Source of the DNA: Patescibacteria group bacterium
GTDB taxonomy: Bacteria > Patescibacteriota > Minisyncoccia > UBA6257 > 2-01-FULL-56-20
Reading direction: 5' to 3'
NCBI GenBank assembly: GCA_038063755.1
Contig: JBBTUL010000011.1
Span: 71,040 to 135,039, forward strand
DNA length: 64,000 bases
How positions within the stretch are numbered: position 1 is the stretch's first letter; each line of letters starts with the position of its first letter. The notes under the pieces were generated by a model, which was not told where the DNA came from, searched no databases, and saw only the letters and a list, made by a program, of their open reading frames with translations. The position numbers and the translations under genes are program-made. Shown here piece after piece: positions 38,458 through 46,747 of the stretch.

Positions 38458-39461
38458 TTGTGTGGAGTCATTTTGTATTCTCTTCTCTTCTCCTTATCAA
38501 AACTCCACGGTCCTCCACCGAGAACGATTAACGCGGAAAGAGATGCAAAAAGCGTGATGTGCGAATAAACTGCCTCTCCAAAGTAGAAAAAGGTAAGACT
38601 AAGCACGAAAAAAGCGGTTGCGGAAACCAGGCGCGTCGCTATCCCAAAAATGAGAAGGAGTGCTATTAGGGCTTCGACCACGCCCGCACCGAGCGTCCAC
38701 GTAGCCGGATCAACCGGAATAAGCGAATGTAAGCCATACTGCTCGACGACAAGAGCTGACACGTGCGGATGAAGAAACTTTTCGTATATCGCCGAGAAAA
38801 GCATCGCACCTCCCACGCCGATTCTCAAGAGGAATGGAACATGTCTGGCTGCGCTCTCTGCTGGATTGCTTGATCGTATTCCCAAAAGATCGTCTATGCC
38901 TGGTCTCGAGCTGCCGGACGCAAGCACCGCGACCCCCATCATAAGAAACTCGAGATTTCCTAAGAGAATTCCGTCGGCGGCAAAAAGCGCTGCTCCATAA
39001 AGGAGAATCGTCATAAGAAGCACGGGGACGGTTATGAGTCCTCCTAGAATAAGAAATCCGAGGATCGCCTGAATAAAGCCGAATTGAGAAACATTTCCGA
39101 AAGCTGGCGAAATGAGAGTCCCGCTCGTCGAAGCGCCAATAAGCGCTATTCCAAGACCGAGGCGGAGCATCCACGGCACCAATTCCTCATATGCAACCGC
39201 CCGCTCCCTGAATCTCTCTCGCAAGATGCCGATAGCCTTAGATTTAAAAAATATTAGAAGACCAGTGAGGGCTATAGCCAAAACAACGAGGGCAACCAAC
39301 AAATTTTCCCACTCTAAAACCGATGAAAAAAGAAATTTCCAGTCGGTTCCGCTTTTTGAGAAGGAACCTTCCGGCGCAACGTAAATGACATGCGCAGATA
39401 CCAACTCCGGAAAGCCGATAAACGCTCCAAAAAGTACGAAGAAAAATCGCTTCAAGCTCAT
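38454..39461 (-). CDS. DoxX family membrane protein (duplicated domain)
   Basis: AHVIYV, LRLGLG / LRIGVG, EKF, E.V.SH; many TMs. Confidence 0.75.
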   Translation of the reverse strand: MSLKRFFFVLFGAFIGFPELVSAHVIYVAPEGSFSKSGTDWKFLFSSVLEWENLLVALVVLAIALTGLLIFFKSKAIGILRERFRERAVAYEELVPWMLRLGLGIALIGASTSGTLISPAFGNVSQFGFIQAILGFLILGGLITVPVLLMTILLYGAALFAADGILLGNLEFLMMGVAVLASGSSRPGIDDLLGIRSSNPAESAARHVPFLLRIGVGGAMLFSAIYEKFLHPHVSALVVEQYGLHSLIPVDPATWTLGAGVVEALIALLLIFGIATRLVSATAFFVLSLTFFYFGEAVYSHITLFASLSALIVLGGGPWSFDKEKRREYKMTPHK

Positions 39462-39477
39462 CGTTCTATTATAGCAG

Positions 39478-40518
39478 TTACGGCAGAAGCATCATCCCAT
39501 CACCAAAAGAAAAGAATCTGAACTTCCTACGAATCGCTTTTCGATAAAGCCCAAGAAGTCTTCTTCTGCCGCAAAAAGCAGAAACGAGCATAAGAAGGCT
39601 CGACATCGGAACATGAAAATTTGTAATCAGGCCGTCAACAACCCTTAGCTGATATCCTTCTTTTATGAAAAGCTTTGTTTTTCCTTTGAATTTTATGCCC
39701 TTCTTCCCCCACGCCGACTCGAGTGCGCGGACAACGGTCGTCCCAACCGCAATAATCGGTCTCTTTTCTTTCTTTGCCTTCGATATTTCCCTGACAGTGT
39801 TTTCCGGTATCTCATAGTACTCCTCGTGTAATCGATTCTTTTCTAGATTTTCTAAATTAAGAGGGCCGAATGTGCCAAGACCCACATGAAGCGTTAGGCG
39901 AACAATCTTATTTCCTTTTGCACGAATCTTCCGAAGTAGACGACCCGTAAAGTGAAGAGAAGCCGTTGGAGCGGCCGCCGACCCCTTCTTCTTGGCAAAA
40001 ACTGCCTGATAATACATCCTCTTTCCTTTCTCCGTGAGCGATGAATGAGAGAGATATGGCGGAAGGGGTGTCTCTCCGAGGTTGTCCAAATATCTAAAAA
40101 TATTTTTCGCAGGGAACGAAGGACGCAAAACATACTCGCCCCCTATCTCCTTTTTGACCAAAAGGTGTCCGCTCTTGCCGCAAAGGAGAATGGTTCCGTC
40201 CTTGAGCCTTTTCGGCGAAAGAGCTCGTATTTCTTTTGCGCTGTGAGAAAGGTAAAGAAGCTTGATCGCGCCGCCTGTTTTTTTGCGAACCAGGAATCGT
40301 GCCGGAACCACCTTCGTTTCGTTCATGACAACAAGCGCGTTCGCGGGTAGATACTCGCATATATTTTTGAAAGTACTATAGACCGCTTCTCCACCGCTTC
40401 TTCTTGCGATAAGAAGACGAGCGGAATCTCTCGGACGTGCGGGGTCTTGGGCGATAAGTTCCTTTTTTAACGAGTAATCGTATGTCTTGAGACTCTTCTT
40501 GAATCTTTTTTCGTTCAT
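39478..40518 (-). CDS. queA: S-adenosylmethionine:tRNA ribosyltransferase-isomerase
   Basis: LIAQ.P, PLPPY, AAPTASLHF, LHVGLGTF, VGTTVVRALES, TNFH, SFGD. Confidence 0.97.
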   Translation of the reverse strand: MNEKRFKKSLKTYDYSLKKELIAQDPARPRDSARLLIARRSGGEAVYSTFKNICEYLPANALVVMNETKVVPARFLVRKKTGGAIKLLYLSHSAKEIRALSPKRLKDGTILLCGKSGHLLVKKEIGGEYVLRPSFPAKNIFRYLDNLGETPLPPYLSHSSLTEKGKRMYYQAVFAKKKGSAAAPTASLHFTGRLLRKIRAKGNKIVRLTLHVGLGTFGPLNLENLEKNRLHEEYYEIPENTVREISKAKKEKRPIIAVGTTVVRALESAWGKKGIKFKGKTKLFIKEGYQLRVVDGLITNFHVPMSSLLMLVSAFCGRRRLLGLYRKAIRRKFRFFSFGDGMMLLP

Positions 40519-40521
40519 CTT

Positions 40522-41667
40522 TTAGAAATTCCCGCGGAAAATTTCCTTTCGTATTTTTGCGATAAACTCGTTGAAGAAATAAAGGTTGTGGAAAGTAAGA
40601 AGGCTTAGGCCGGATATCTCTTTCGCTCGAATAAGGTGGGAAAGATATCCCCGTTTATACGTTCTGCAAACGAAACATGAGCAGGAAGCATCAAGTGGCT
40701 TTTTTTCATAGGGTGTCTGTTGAAACTTCATTTTTGAAACATCAACCTTTCCTTTTGAAGTGAAGGCTATTCCGTGTCTTGCAAGGTGCGTCGGGACGAT
40801 GCAGTCAAATGTATCTATTCCCTCTCGTATTATTTTTGGAATGTCTTCAAGATAGCCAATTCCCAAAAGATGTCGAGGCTTTTCCTTGGGAAGAATGTTT
40901 AAAACCCACCTGATCATTTGTGTCATTTTTTTCTTATCGTCTCCGAATTCTCCCCCGATTCCGAACCCATCAAACGGAAGCAATCCGATGTTTCTCGCGC
41001 TCTCTTCCCGAAGATCTTTGTACCTTCCGCCCTGAACGATTCCGTAGAGCGCCTGCTTCGAGTCTCGGGCCTCAAGCGATTCTTGCGCCCATCGGTGTGT
41101 TCGTACGAGGGATTCTTTAATATATTTTTTGTTCGCAAGGGGCGAAGTACACTCATCGAATGCAAACATTATATCCGCCCCAATTTGTTCTTGAATCCTT
41201 ATTGATCGCTCGGGGTTTAAAAATATTTCGCTTCCATCAAGATACGAGGTAAAGCGAACGCCTTCGTCTGATATTTTTAAAAGCCTGGGCTGTTGCCCGC
41301 TTTGAATTTCCGCTTTCCTCTTTTTTTTCAATATTTTCCCAACACCTGAATCTCTTCCGAAGCCGAGGCTAAAAACCTGGAAACCGCCTGAGTCCGTCAT
41401 GATCGGTCTATTCCATTGCATAAAGCGATGTATTCCTCCGGCCCTCTTTATCGCCGCTCCGCCAGGACGCAAGTGAAGGTGAAAAGTGTTTGCGATAAGC
41501 ATCTGTGTTTTTGTGTCGGAAACCTCTTTCACAGCAAGAGCCTTCACGGCGGCTTGAGTTGCCACTGGAACAAGGGTCGGGGTTTCTACTAGGCCGTGCG
41601 GAGTCTTAAGAATCCCGAGGCGCGCCTTACTCTTCCTGGATTGTTTTATTATTTTGAAACTGATCAT
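40522..41667 (-). CDS. tgt: tRNA-guanine transglycosylase
   Basis: TPHG, NTFHL, TDSGGFQ, FDEC, GIVQGG, PRHLLG, CSCFVC..H. Confidence 0.97.
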   Translation of the reverse strand: MISFKIIKQSRKSKARLGILKTPHGLVETPTLVPVATQAAVKALAVKEVSDTKTQMLIANTFHLHLRPGGAAIKRAGGIHRFMQWNRPIMTDSGGFQVFSLGFGRDSGVGKILKKKRKAEIQSGQQPRLLKISDEGVRFTSYLDGSEIFLNPERSIRIQEQIGADIMFAFDECTSPLANKKYIKESLVRTHRWAQESLEARDSKQALYGIVQGGRYKDLREESARNIGLLPFDGFGIGGEFGDDKKKMTQMIRWVLNILPKEKPRHLLGIGYLEDIPKIIREGIDTFDCIVPTHLARHGIAFTSKGKVDVSKMKFQQTPYEKKPLDASCSCFVCRTYKRGYLSHLIRAKEISGLSLLTFHNLYFFNEFIAKIRKEIFRGNF

Positions 41668-41703
41668 ATAGAAGCTACTTTACCCCATCGCGAGATTCCA
41701 ATC

Positions 41704-41728
41704 AAAAAATCCCGACAATGGTCGGGAT
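41704..41728 (-). terminator. Intrinsic terminator
   Basis: ATCCCGAC-catt-GTCGGGAT-TTTTT on the minus strand. Confidence 0.75.
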
Positions 41729-42429
41729 CATGAAAAACTGATTCGGGGACAAATAATGCTTCGTTCCCCGCCAACTGGCACGTTTGCCAATGCCCGACGG
41801 AGAAATTCCTTATCTTTGTAGTACTGCAGAGCAAGAACCTTCTTGGGAGTATCATCCGGCTTTCCGCCGGGAAAGAGGGGAAATTTTCTTCCTGTCTCTC
41901 GAGGAGTGGGCACTTCGATCGCCAACCTTTTCTCTAAGGTTCGGACGAGCGAAAAACTGAGGGCCGAAACGATCCTCATCGCTCCAGCATCAAGATCAAA
42001 CCCTCTCCGAGCAGATCGGAAAAGCGCGAACCACCTCTCATCAAGAGCGGCGAGCGCTCCTTGAAGAAACTCGGGCCTTTGTCCGCTTCCTTTCAGCTCT
42101 TTTTCGAAAACTTCTACTTCGATGCGTGGAAGACTCCGTCCTCCGGCATTGAAGATCGGAGCGAAGATAGCCGTAAGAAGCATTCGGATATTCAGACACT
42201 CCTCGCCCAAAGCTTCTTCCGTCATGCCATGATCGAATCGGGACGAAAAATACTCGGCCCTTGTCCTCATGTAGGACTCGAAAGCCTCTGGGCTTGAGGT
42301 CCTAAGTGCGACCTCCCACTCCCTTTTTTCATGGGCCCTTCCTTCACTCTCACCAAGAGAAAGTTCACGCAGCTCTCGATAACCATAGACATAATCCTCA
42401 TCACAAAAAGAGATAATTCGCTTTTTCAT
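41728..42429 (-). CDS. Orphan hypothetical protein (233 aa)
   Basis: GGAGG RBS, TTGACA-17-TATAAG promoter (42458-42486), own terminator. Confidence 0.7.
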   Translation of the reverse strand: MKKRIISFCDEDYVYGYRELRELSLGESEGRAHEKREWEVALRTSSPEAFESYMRTRAEYFSSRFDHGMTEEALGEECLNIRMLLTAIFAPIFNAGGRSLPRIEVEVFEKELKGSGQRPEFLQGALAALDERWFALFRSARRGFDLDAGAMRIVSALSFSLVRTLEKRLAIEVPTPRETGRKFPLFPGGKPDDTPKKVLALQYYKDKEFLRRALANVPVGGERSIICPRISFS

Positions 42430-42487
42430 CTATCTCCTCCGTCAAGATGCTTCAACTCTTATAACACTTTATAAAAAAGCTGTCAAC

Positions 42488-42916
42488 TTAAAAACGGATG
42501 GGCACGCGAACTTCCGCATCGAGCTCCTTGAGACCCGACGGGTTGTCCTTTTTAAAAACGAGGATCCCCTCTTTCGATTTCGGCCGACTATAAGTTATCA
42601 TTCCTTCGAACGGAACGAAATCTTCTGTCATCCATTCGCTTCGCGCCTCAGCTACTCCTGCGCCCAAGAAAGTTCCATCCGCATCAAGTATCTGGAAAGG
42701 AAACGACGCCTCAAAAAACCACCCTCCCCTTGCTCTGCCGGACACCCGCAAAGGTTGAGTTACGAGTGAGTAGGGCTCGGGCGTTTCTATTATAATTTCG
42801 TCGCTTCGAGAAAGATTTACCTTCTGCTGCGCATATTTTTTCGGTACCGGAACAAACAAAACTACGAGAAGCAGCGCTAGAATGGTTACAGCGAGTACGA
42901 TTACAAGAATCTTCAT
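42488..42916 (-). CDS. Gmad2 immunoglobulin-like domain membrane protein
   Basis: TM, G.ARG.WFFEASFP, WMTEDFVPF, DNPSGL. Confidence 0.85.
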   Translation of the reverse strand: MKILVIVLAVTILALLLVVLFVPVPKKYAQQKVNLSRSDEIIIETPEPYSLVTQPLRVSGRARGGWFFEASFPFQILDADGTFLGAGVAEARSEWMTEDFVPFEGMITYSRPKSKEGILVFKKDNPSGLKELDAEVRVPIRF

Positions 42917-42936
42917 GGACTCAATGTTATCACATC

Positions 42937-43746
42937 CTACTTCGCAATTGAAAATTTATTTCGTTTTTCAATCACGGCCCCTTCCGAAACCAAAGCCTTC
43001 AGGGCTTCTAGGAAACGATTATTTTTTACGTCACATGCTTTTCGCAAATCACCAAGTGTTCTATCTCTCTCGAGAAGAAGGCTGACTATTCTTCCGCGCG
43101 CCTCACGGTTTGAACCCAGAAATGGAGTCTGCATCAGATACTTCCTGCTCCGCTTGTTGGGATTATCTTTACCGAGTTTTTTCCCAAGCATTGATCCGTA
43201 ATCCATAAGCGCGTAGTACCACTCCCTTGGATTCTTTTTATCGAACGTCTGCTCGACAAGCAAAAGGACCTCTGTGTCAGTCACTTTTTTCTTCCGTTTG
43301 AACCACTCATGGATATAGGCTCGCCTTATGTTGGTCTCGATAAACACACTCGGAGCGTTCCAGGCAAACGCCATAATCGCTCCGGCGGTGGCTGGACCGA
43401 CGCCGGGAAGCCGAAGCAATTCTTCGCTCTTTTCTGGGATTTTTCCTCTATTTGTTTTTACAATGATTTCCGAAAGTCGCTTGAGCGAGAAAGCTCTGCG
43501 ATTATATCCAAGACCCTGCCATTCTTTTAAAACATCTTTCGTCTGTGCTATGGCAAGCCTCTGAATTGTCGGGAATTTTTGAAGGAACCTCTCGTACTTC
43601 TCTTCCACTCGAGAGACCTGTGTTTGCTGAAGCATGATCTCGGAAACAAGGATTCGATATGGGTTTCTTGTGCGTCGCCACGGAAAATCGCGCCGGTTGG
43701 CGCGATAAAAGCGATAAATCTTTCTCCGAAATTCAGCTTTTGTCAT
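42937..43746 (-). CDS. mutY: A/G-specific adenine glycosylase (short form without Fe-S motif)
   Basis: PWR, SEIMLQQTQV, WQGLGYNRRA, LPGVGPATA, ETNIRR. Confidence 0.88.
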   Translation of the reverse strand: MTKAEFRRKIYRFYRANRRDFPWRRTRNPYRILVSEIMLQQTQVSRVEEKYERFLQKFPTIQRLAIAQTKDVLKEWQGLGYNRRAFSLKRLSEIIVKTNRGKIPEKSEELLRLPGVGPATAGAIMAFAWNAPSVFIETNIRRAYIHEWFKRKKKVTDTEVLLLVEQTFDKKNPREWYYALMDYGSMLGKKLGKDNPNKRSRKYLMQTPFLGSNREARGRIVSLLLERDRTLGDLRKACDVKNNRFLEALKALVSEGAVIEKRNKFSIAK

Positions 43747-43764
43747 CCAAAGACAAAACCCTTC

Positions 43765-44280
43765 CTACTCAACGATAATCTTCGCCGTCATTTGGGGATG
43801 CGGTCCGCAATGATAACTGTACGTGCCGGGTTTAGAAAATAGAAATGAATAAACCTGTCCCTGCGAAAGAAGAGGACTTTTGAAAAGTCCTGTATCGCTT
43901 GTAACGTCGTGCCGCACGCTATCTTTGTTGGTCCAAATAACAGTTGTTCCCAGATTAACCTTTATGCTGTTTGAAAAAAACGCGAAGTTGCTGATCTCGA
44001 TATTTTGTACTCCCGGCTTAACGACCGTCTTCGGTATTCCGGACACATCCTCCTCCCCAACAATCTTCTCTCCAGACGGCGGAGTTACTGTGGTTTTCCG
44101 AATGGGCGCTCCCCCCGTAGCTCCGGACACTCCAGTCTGTGCGTCGCCGTTCTCAGGAACAGTACCGGCTTCCGGAGATCCGGCCGGAGCTTCGTCGTTC
44201 TTCATAAACACGAAATACGACCCTCCTCCGAGCAGAACCACCAATACTACGAGTGCGATAATTTTTGCGGTTGTTGTCAT
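43765..44280 (-). CDS. Membrane-anchored cupredoxin (plastocyanin/amicyanin-like)
   Basis: ATG 44280, TM, WTNKD..HDV, YHCGPHPQM type-1 Cu ligands. Confidence 0.9.
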   Translation of the reverse strand: MTTTAKIIALVVLVVLLGGGSYFVFMKNDEAPAGSPEAGTVPENGDAQTGVSGATGGAPIRKTTVTPPSGEKIVGEEDVSGIPKTVVKPGVQNIEISNFAFFSNSIKVNLGTTVIWTNKDSVRHDVTSDTGLFKSPLLSQGQVYSFLFSKPGTYSYHCGPHPQMTAKIIVE

Positions 44281-44355
44281 TTTTTGTATTTTCACAATTA
44301 TACCATATGCGTGATATACTGCCCCTACAAGGTCGTTATCACCACTTTCTACGTC

Positions 44356-44550
44356 ATGCTCGAAAACCATCTCTACAATCTGCTTCTCCAGCTTTCGGAG
44401 GAACACAAAAGCTTATGGCGGATCAAGGACGAGTACCTAAAAGACGCTGGCGATTGTGCCGATTGCCAGGCAATTTGGAAGAAGCTCAAGGCGGACAAAG
44501 AAGCACACGTCGTGGAACTCACCGCTCTCGTAAAAAAGCACCTCGGGTAG
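44356..44550 (+). CDS. Small helical (ferritin-like) hypothetical protein
   Basis: MLENHLYNLLLQLSEEHKSLWRIKDEYLKDA.DC.DC..W....DKEAH; C-terminal 64 aa of track ORF 44005..44550. Confidence 0.75.
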   Translation: MLENHLYNLLLQLSEEHKSLWRIKDEYLKDAGDCADCQAIWKKLKADKEAHVVELTALVKKHLG

Positions 44551-44564
44551 AGGTGCTTTTTCCT

Positions 44565-44801
44565 TTAAGCGTTCGTGGTCGGCGCCTCGCCTTCGGACGC
44601 TTGTTTTTTACTGAAAACGAAGAGATACAAGATTTCCAAAATCCCTACTGTGTGAACAAGAAGGAATGCGATAAACCAGTATTTCTTGCCCAGCCTCGCG
44701 GCTTTCCAGAGCGCAAGCCCTTTCCAGGGAATCGTCCAAAGTATCAAAAGGCCAAGTACAAGAAGTTCTTGATTGGTAAGCTGTCCTTGAAAAAAATTCA
44801 T
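44565..44801 (-). CDS. DUF5652 family small membrane protein
   Basis: W..PWKGLALWKAAR..K.WF...L..T.GILEILY. Confidence 0.85.
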   Translation of the reverse strand: MNFFQGQLTNQELLVLGLLILWTIPWKGLALWKAARLGKKYWFIAFLLVHTVGILEILYLFVFSKKQASEGEAPTTNA

Positions 44802-44852
44802 TGTTTTTTACGTTAGCGACCTTTTTAGAACGTTGTCTTCCCACAAAGCATA

Positions 44853-45926
44853 TTATAGAAGCTTTTCAATGCGAACTCCAAGGAGACGGATAGCGCTTCC
44901 CTTTGCGTTCTCTCTTCCATCAAGAAATGGCATAAAAAGACGAAGGGCTTCGAATTTTAAGAGGGACGAATCGGCAGTCGGCTCGGGAAGTGTGTGCGAT
45001 TTTGTCTTTGTTTCAAAACCGGCAAAACGAACCGTTATAACCACTCTCCCGAACACCGAAAAATCGCTTTTTTGAAATCTTCGCATCACATCACCCGCAA
45101 GAACCAAAAGACGCTCCGATAGTTGTGTTGCGTCTTTGAGGTCGTGCTCGAATGTTTCTTGTTCACCGATTGACTTCGCTTCCCATTCTTCGATAAGCGG
45201 GCTTTCATCGATCCCTCGGAGGCGATCGTACATCTCCCCTCCCCACTTGCCGAAAAAGTTGACAAGCTCCAGTCGCGAGAATTTTTTCACGTCACGCACG
45301 ATAATAATCCCTTCTTTCTTCAGAAACCCTTCTGTTTTGGGTCCGATACCGGGGATTTTCCTCACGGGAAGTTTTTCAAGAAAGATTTCTGCTTCATCCC
45401 TGGTCACAACCGTAAGCCCGTCCGGTTTTTGTATGTCGGATGCTATTTTCGCGATAAGTTTGTTCGGTCCAATTCCGATTGACGCGGTAAGTCGCTCTTT
45501 CGCAAAAATTTCTTTTTTGATTTTTTTTGCGATATCTCTCGCTTTTTCAAATGACTTAGTCGAAGAAATATCAAAATACGCCTCATCAATGCTGGCCGGC
45601 TCGACATGTTTTGCGTATCCACGCAGTACCTCCACAACACTATTTGAAACTTCGCCGTATTTTTTGAAATTGCCCTCGAGGAACACGACCACCGGTTTTC
45701 CCTCCTTCCTGGCCGCCTCCGACCTGCGCCACGCCTCCGATATCGGCATAGCGGATTTGATACCGTATTCGCGTGCCTTATAGTTTGCAGTTGAAACAAC
45801 GCCCCTGCCCTTTCCGCCCTGCGGGTCCGCTCCAACGGCGATCGGGCGTCCCTTAAATCGAGAATTGTCACGCTCCTCGACCGAGGCGAAGAAGGCGTCC
45901 ATGTCGAGATGTCCGATGATTCTCAT
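44853..45926 (-). CDS. dinB: DNA polymerase IV
   Basis: HLDMDAFFASVE, ANYKAR, SIDEAY, AKIASD..KPDG, PGIG. Confidence 0.96.
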   Translation of the reverse strand: MRIIGHLDMDAFFASVEERDNSRFKGRPIAVGADPQGGKGRGVVSTANYKAREYGIKSAMPISEAWRRSEAARKEGKPVVVFLEGNFKKYGEVSNSVVEVLRGYAKHVEPASIDEAYFDISSTKSFEKARDIAKKIKKEIFAKERLTASIGIGPNKLIAKIASDIQKPDGLTVVTRDEAEIFLEKLPVRKIPGIGPKTEGFLKKEGIIIVRDVKKFSRLELVNFFGKWGGEMYDRLRGIDESPLIEEWEAKSIGEQETFEHDLKDATQLSERLLVLAGDVMRRFQKSDFSVFGRVVITVRFAGFETKTKSHTLPEPTADSSLLKFEALRLFMPFLDGRENAKGSAIRLLGVRIEKLL

Positions 45927-45960
45927 CCTCCCATTATACTCACGAACAACCTTTTCCTCC

Positions 45961-46053
45961 CGCCATGCATCTTTCGGGAGTGCGCTCCAAGCCTGCCTGC
46001 CGTCAGGCAGAGCCGCTAAGCCAGGTCCTACCCTCCCTTAAAGATGCATGGCG
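45961..46053. repeat. 93-bp palindromic element with REP-like apex
   Basis: CGCCATGCATCTTT / AAAGATGCATGGCG 14-bp inverted repeat enclosing CCTGCCTGCCGTCAGGCAG. Confidence 0.7.
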
Positions 46054-46071
46054 AGATCGCTTTCCCGAATA

Positions 46072-46734
46072 TCACGCATGGTATACGTAGTCCGGTTTGT
46101 AGAATTTTTTAAGCGGGCAATCCGCCGCCCGATGCTTTCGGGCAGGGCAATGCTGCCTCCCGTAATTGATGAGCCGATAGGTAAACGAAAACCACTCTTC
46201 TTTCGGAAGGATCGCCATAAGGTCGCGCTCGATTTTTATCGGGTCGTTTCTGTGGGTCGTAAGTCCCAGTGCGTTTGCAAGACGAATGACGTGGGTATCA
46301 ACCGCAATTCCCTCTACCACGCCGTAGGCGTTCCCCAAGATGACATTCGCGCTTTTCCGTCCAACGCCCGGAATGGTCACCATTTCCTCCATCGTTTTCG
46401 GCAACTTTCCACGAAATTGCTCCTGGATTATTTTTGCCGCCGCAAGGATATTCTTCGTTTTATTCCTGTAAAAACCCGAAGGACGGATGTCTTTTTCAAA
46501 TTCGGCGCGATTGGCGGTCACATAGTCACCGAGCTTCCGATATTTTTTAAAAAGCATCGGTGTTATCTCATTCACTTTTTTGTCGGTACACTGCGCACTC
46601 AACTGCACCGCAACCAGAAGCTCCCATGGATTCGAAAAGTGAAGCGCGATCTTCGCTTTTGGAAATAGCTTTTTTAGGGCTGTGTTTACCGCCCTGGCTC
46701 GCCATTTCTTTTCGCTTAAACGGAGAATCATCAT
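46072..46734 (-). CDS. nth: Endonuclease III
   Basis: LLVAVQLSAQCTD, GFYRNK, PGVGRKSAN, AVDTHV; start uncertain (46734 or 46776). Confidence 0.93.
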   Translation of the reverse strand: MMILRLSEKKWRARAVNTALKKLFPKAKIALHFSNPWELLVAVQLSAQCTDKKVNEITPMLFKKYRKLGDYVTANRAEFEKDIRPSGFYRNKTKNILAAAKIIQEQFRGKLPKTMEEMVTIPGVGRKSANVILGNAYGVVEGIAVDTHVIRLANALGLTTHRNDPIKIERDLMAILPKEEWFSFTYRLINYGRQHCPARKHRAADCPLKKFYKPDYVYHA

Positions 46735-46747
46735 GAATGTTTTGATA

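Noticed and set aside
45961-46053. SRP (4.5S) RNA
   Set aside because: Size fits, but the CAGG-GNRA-AGCA helix-8 motif is absent on both strands.
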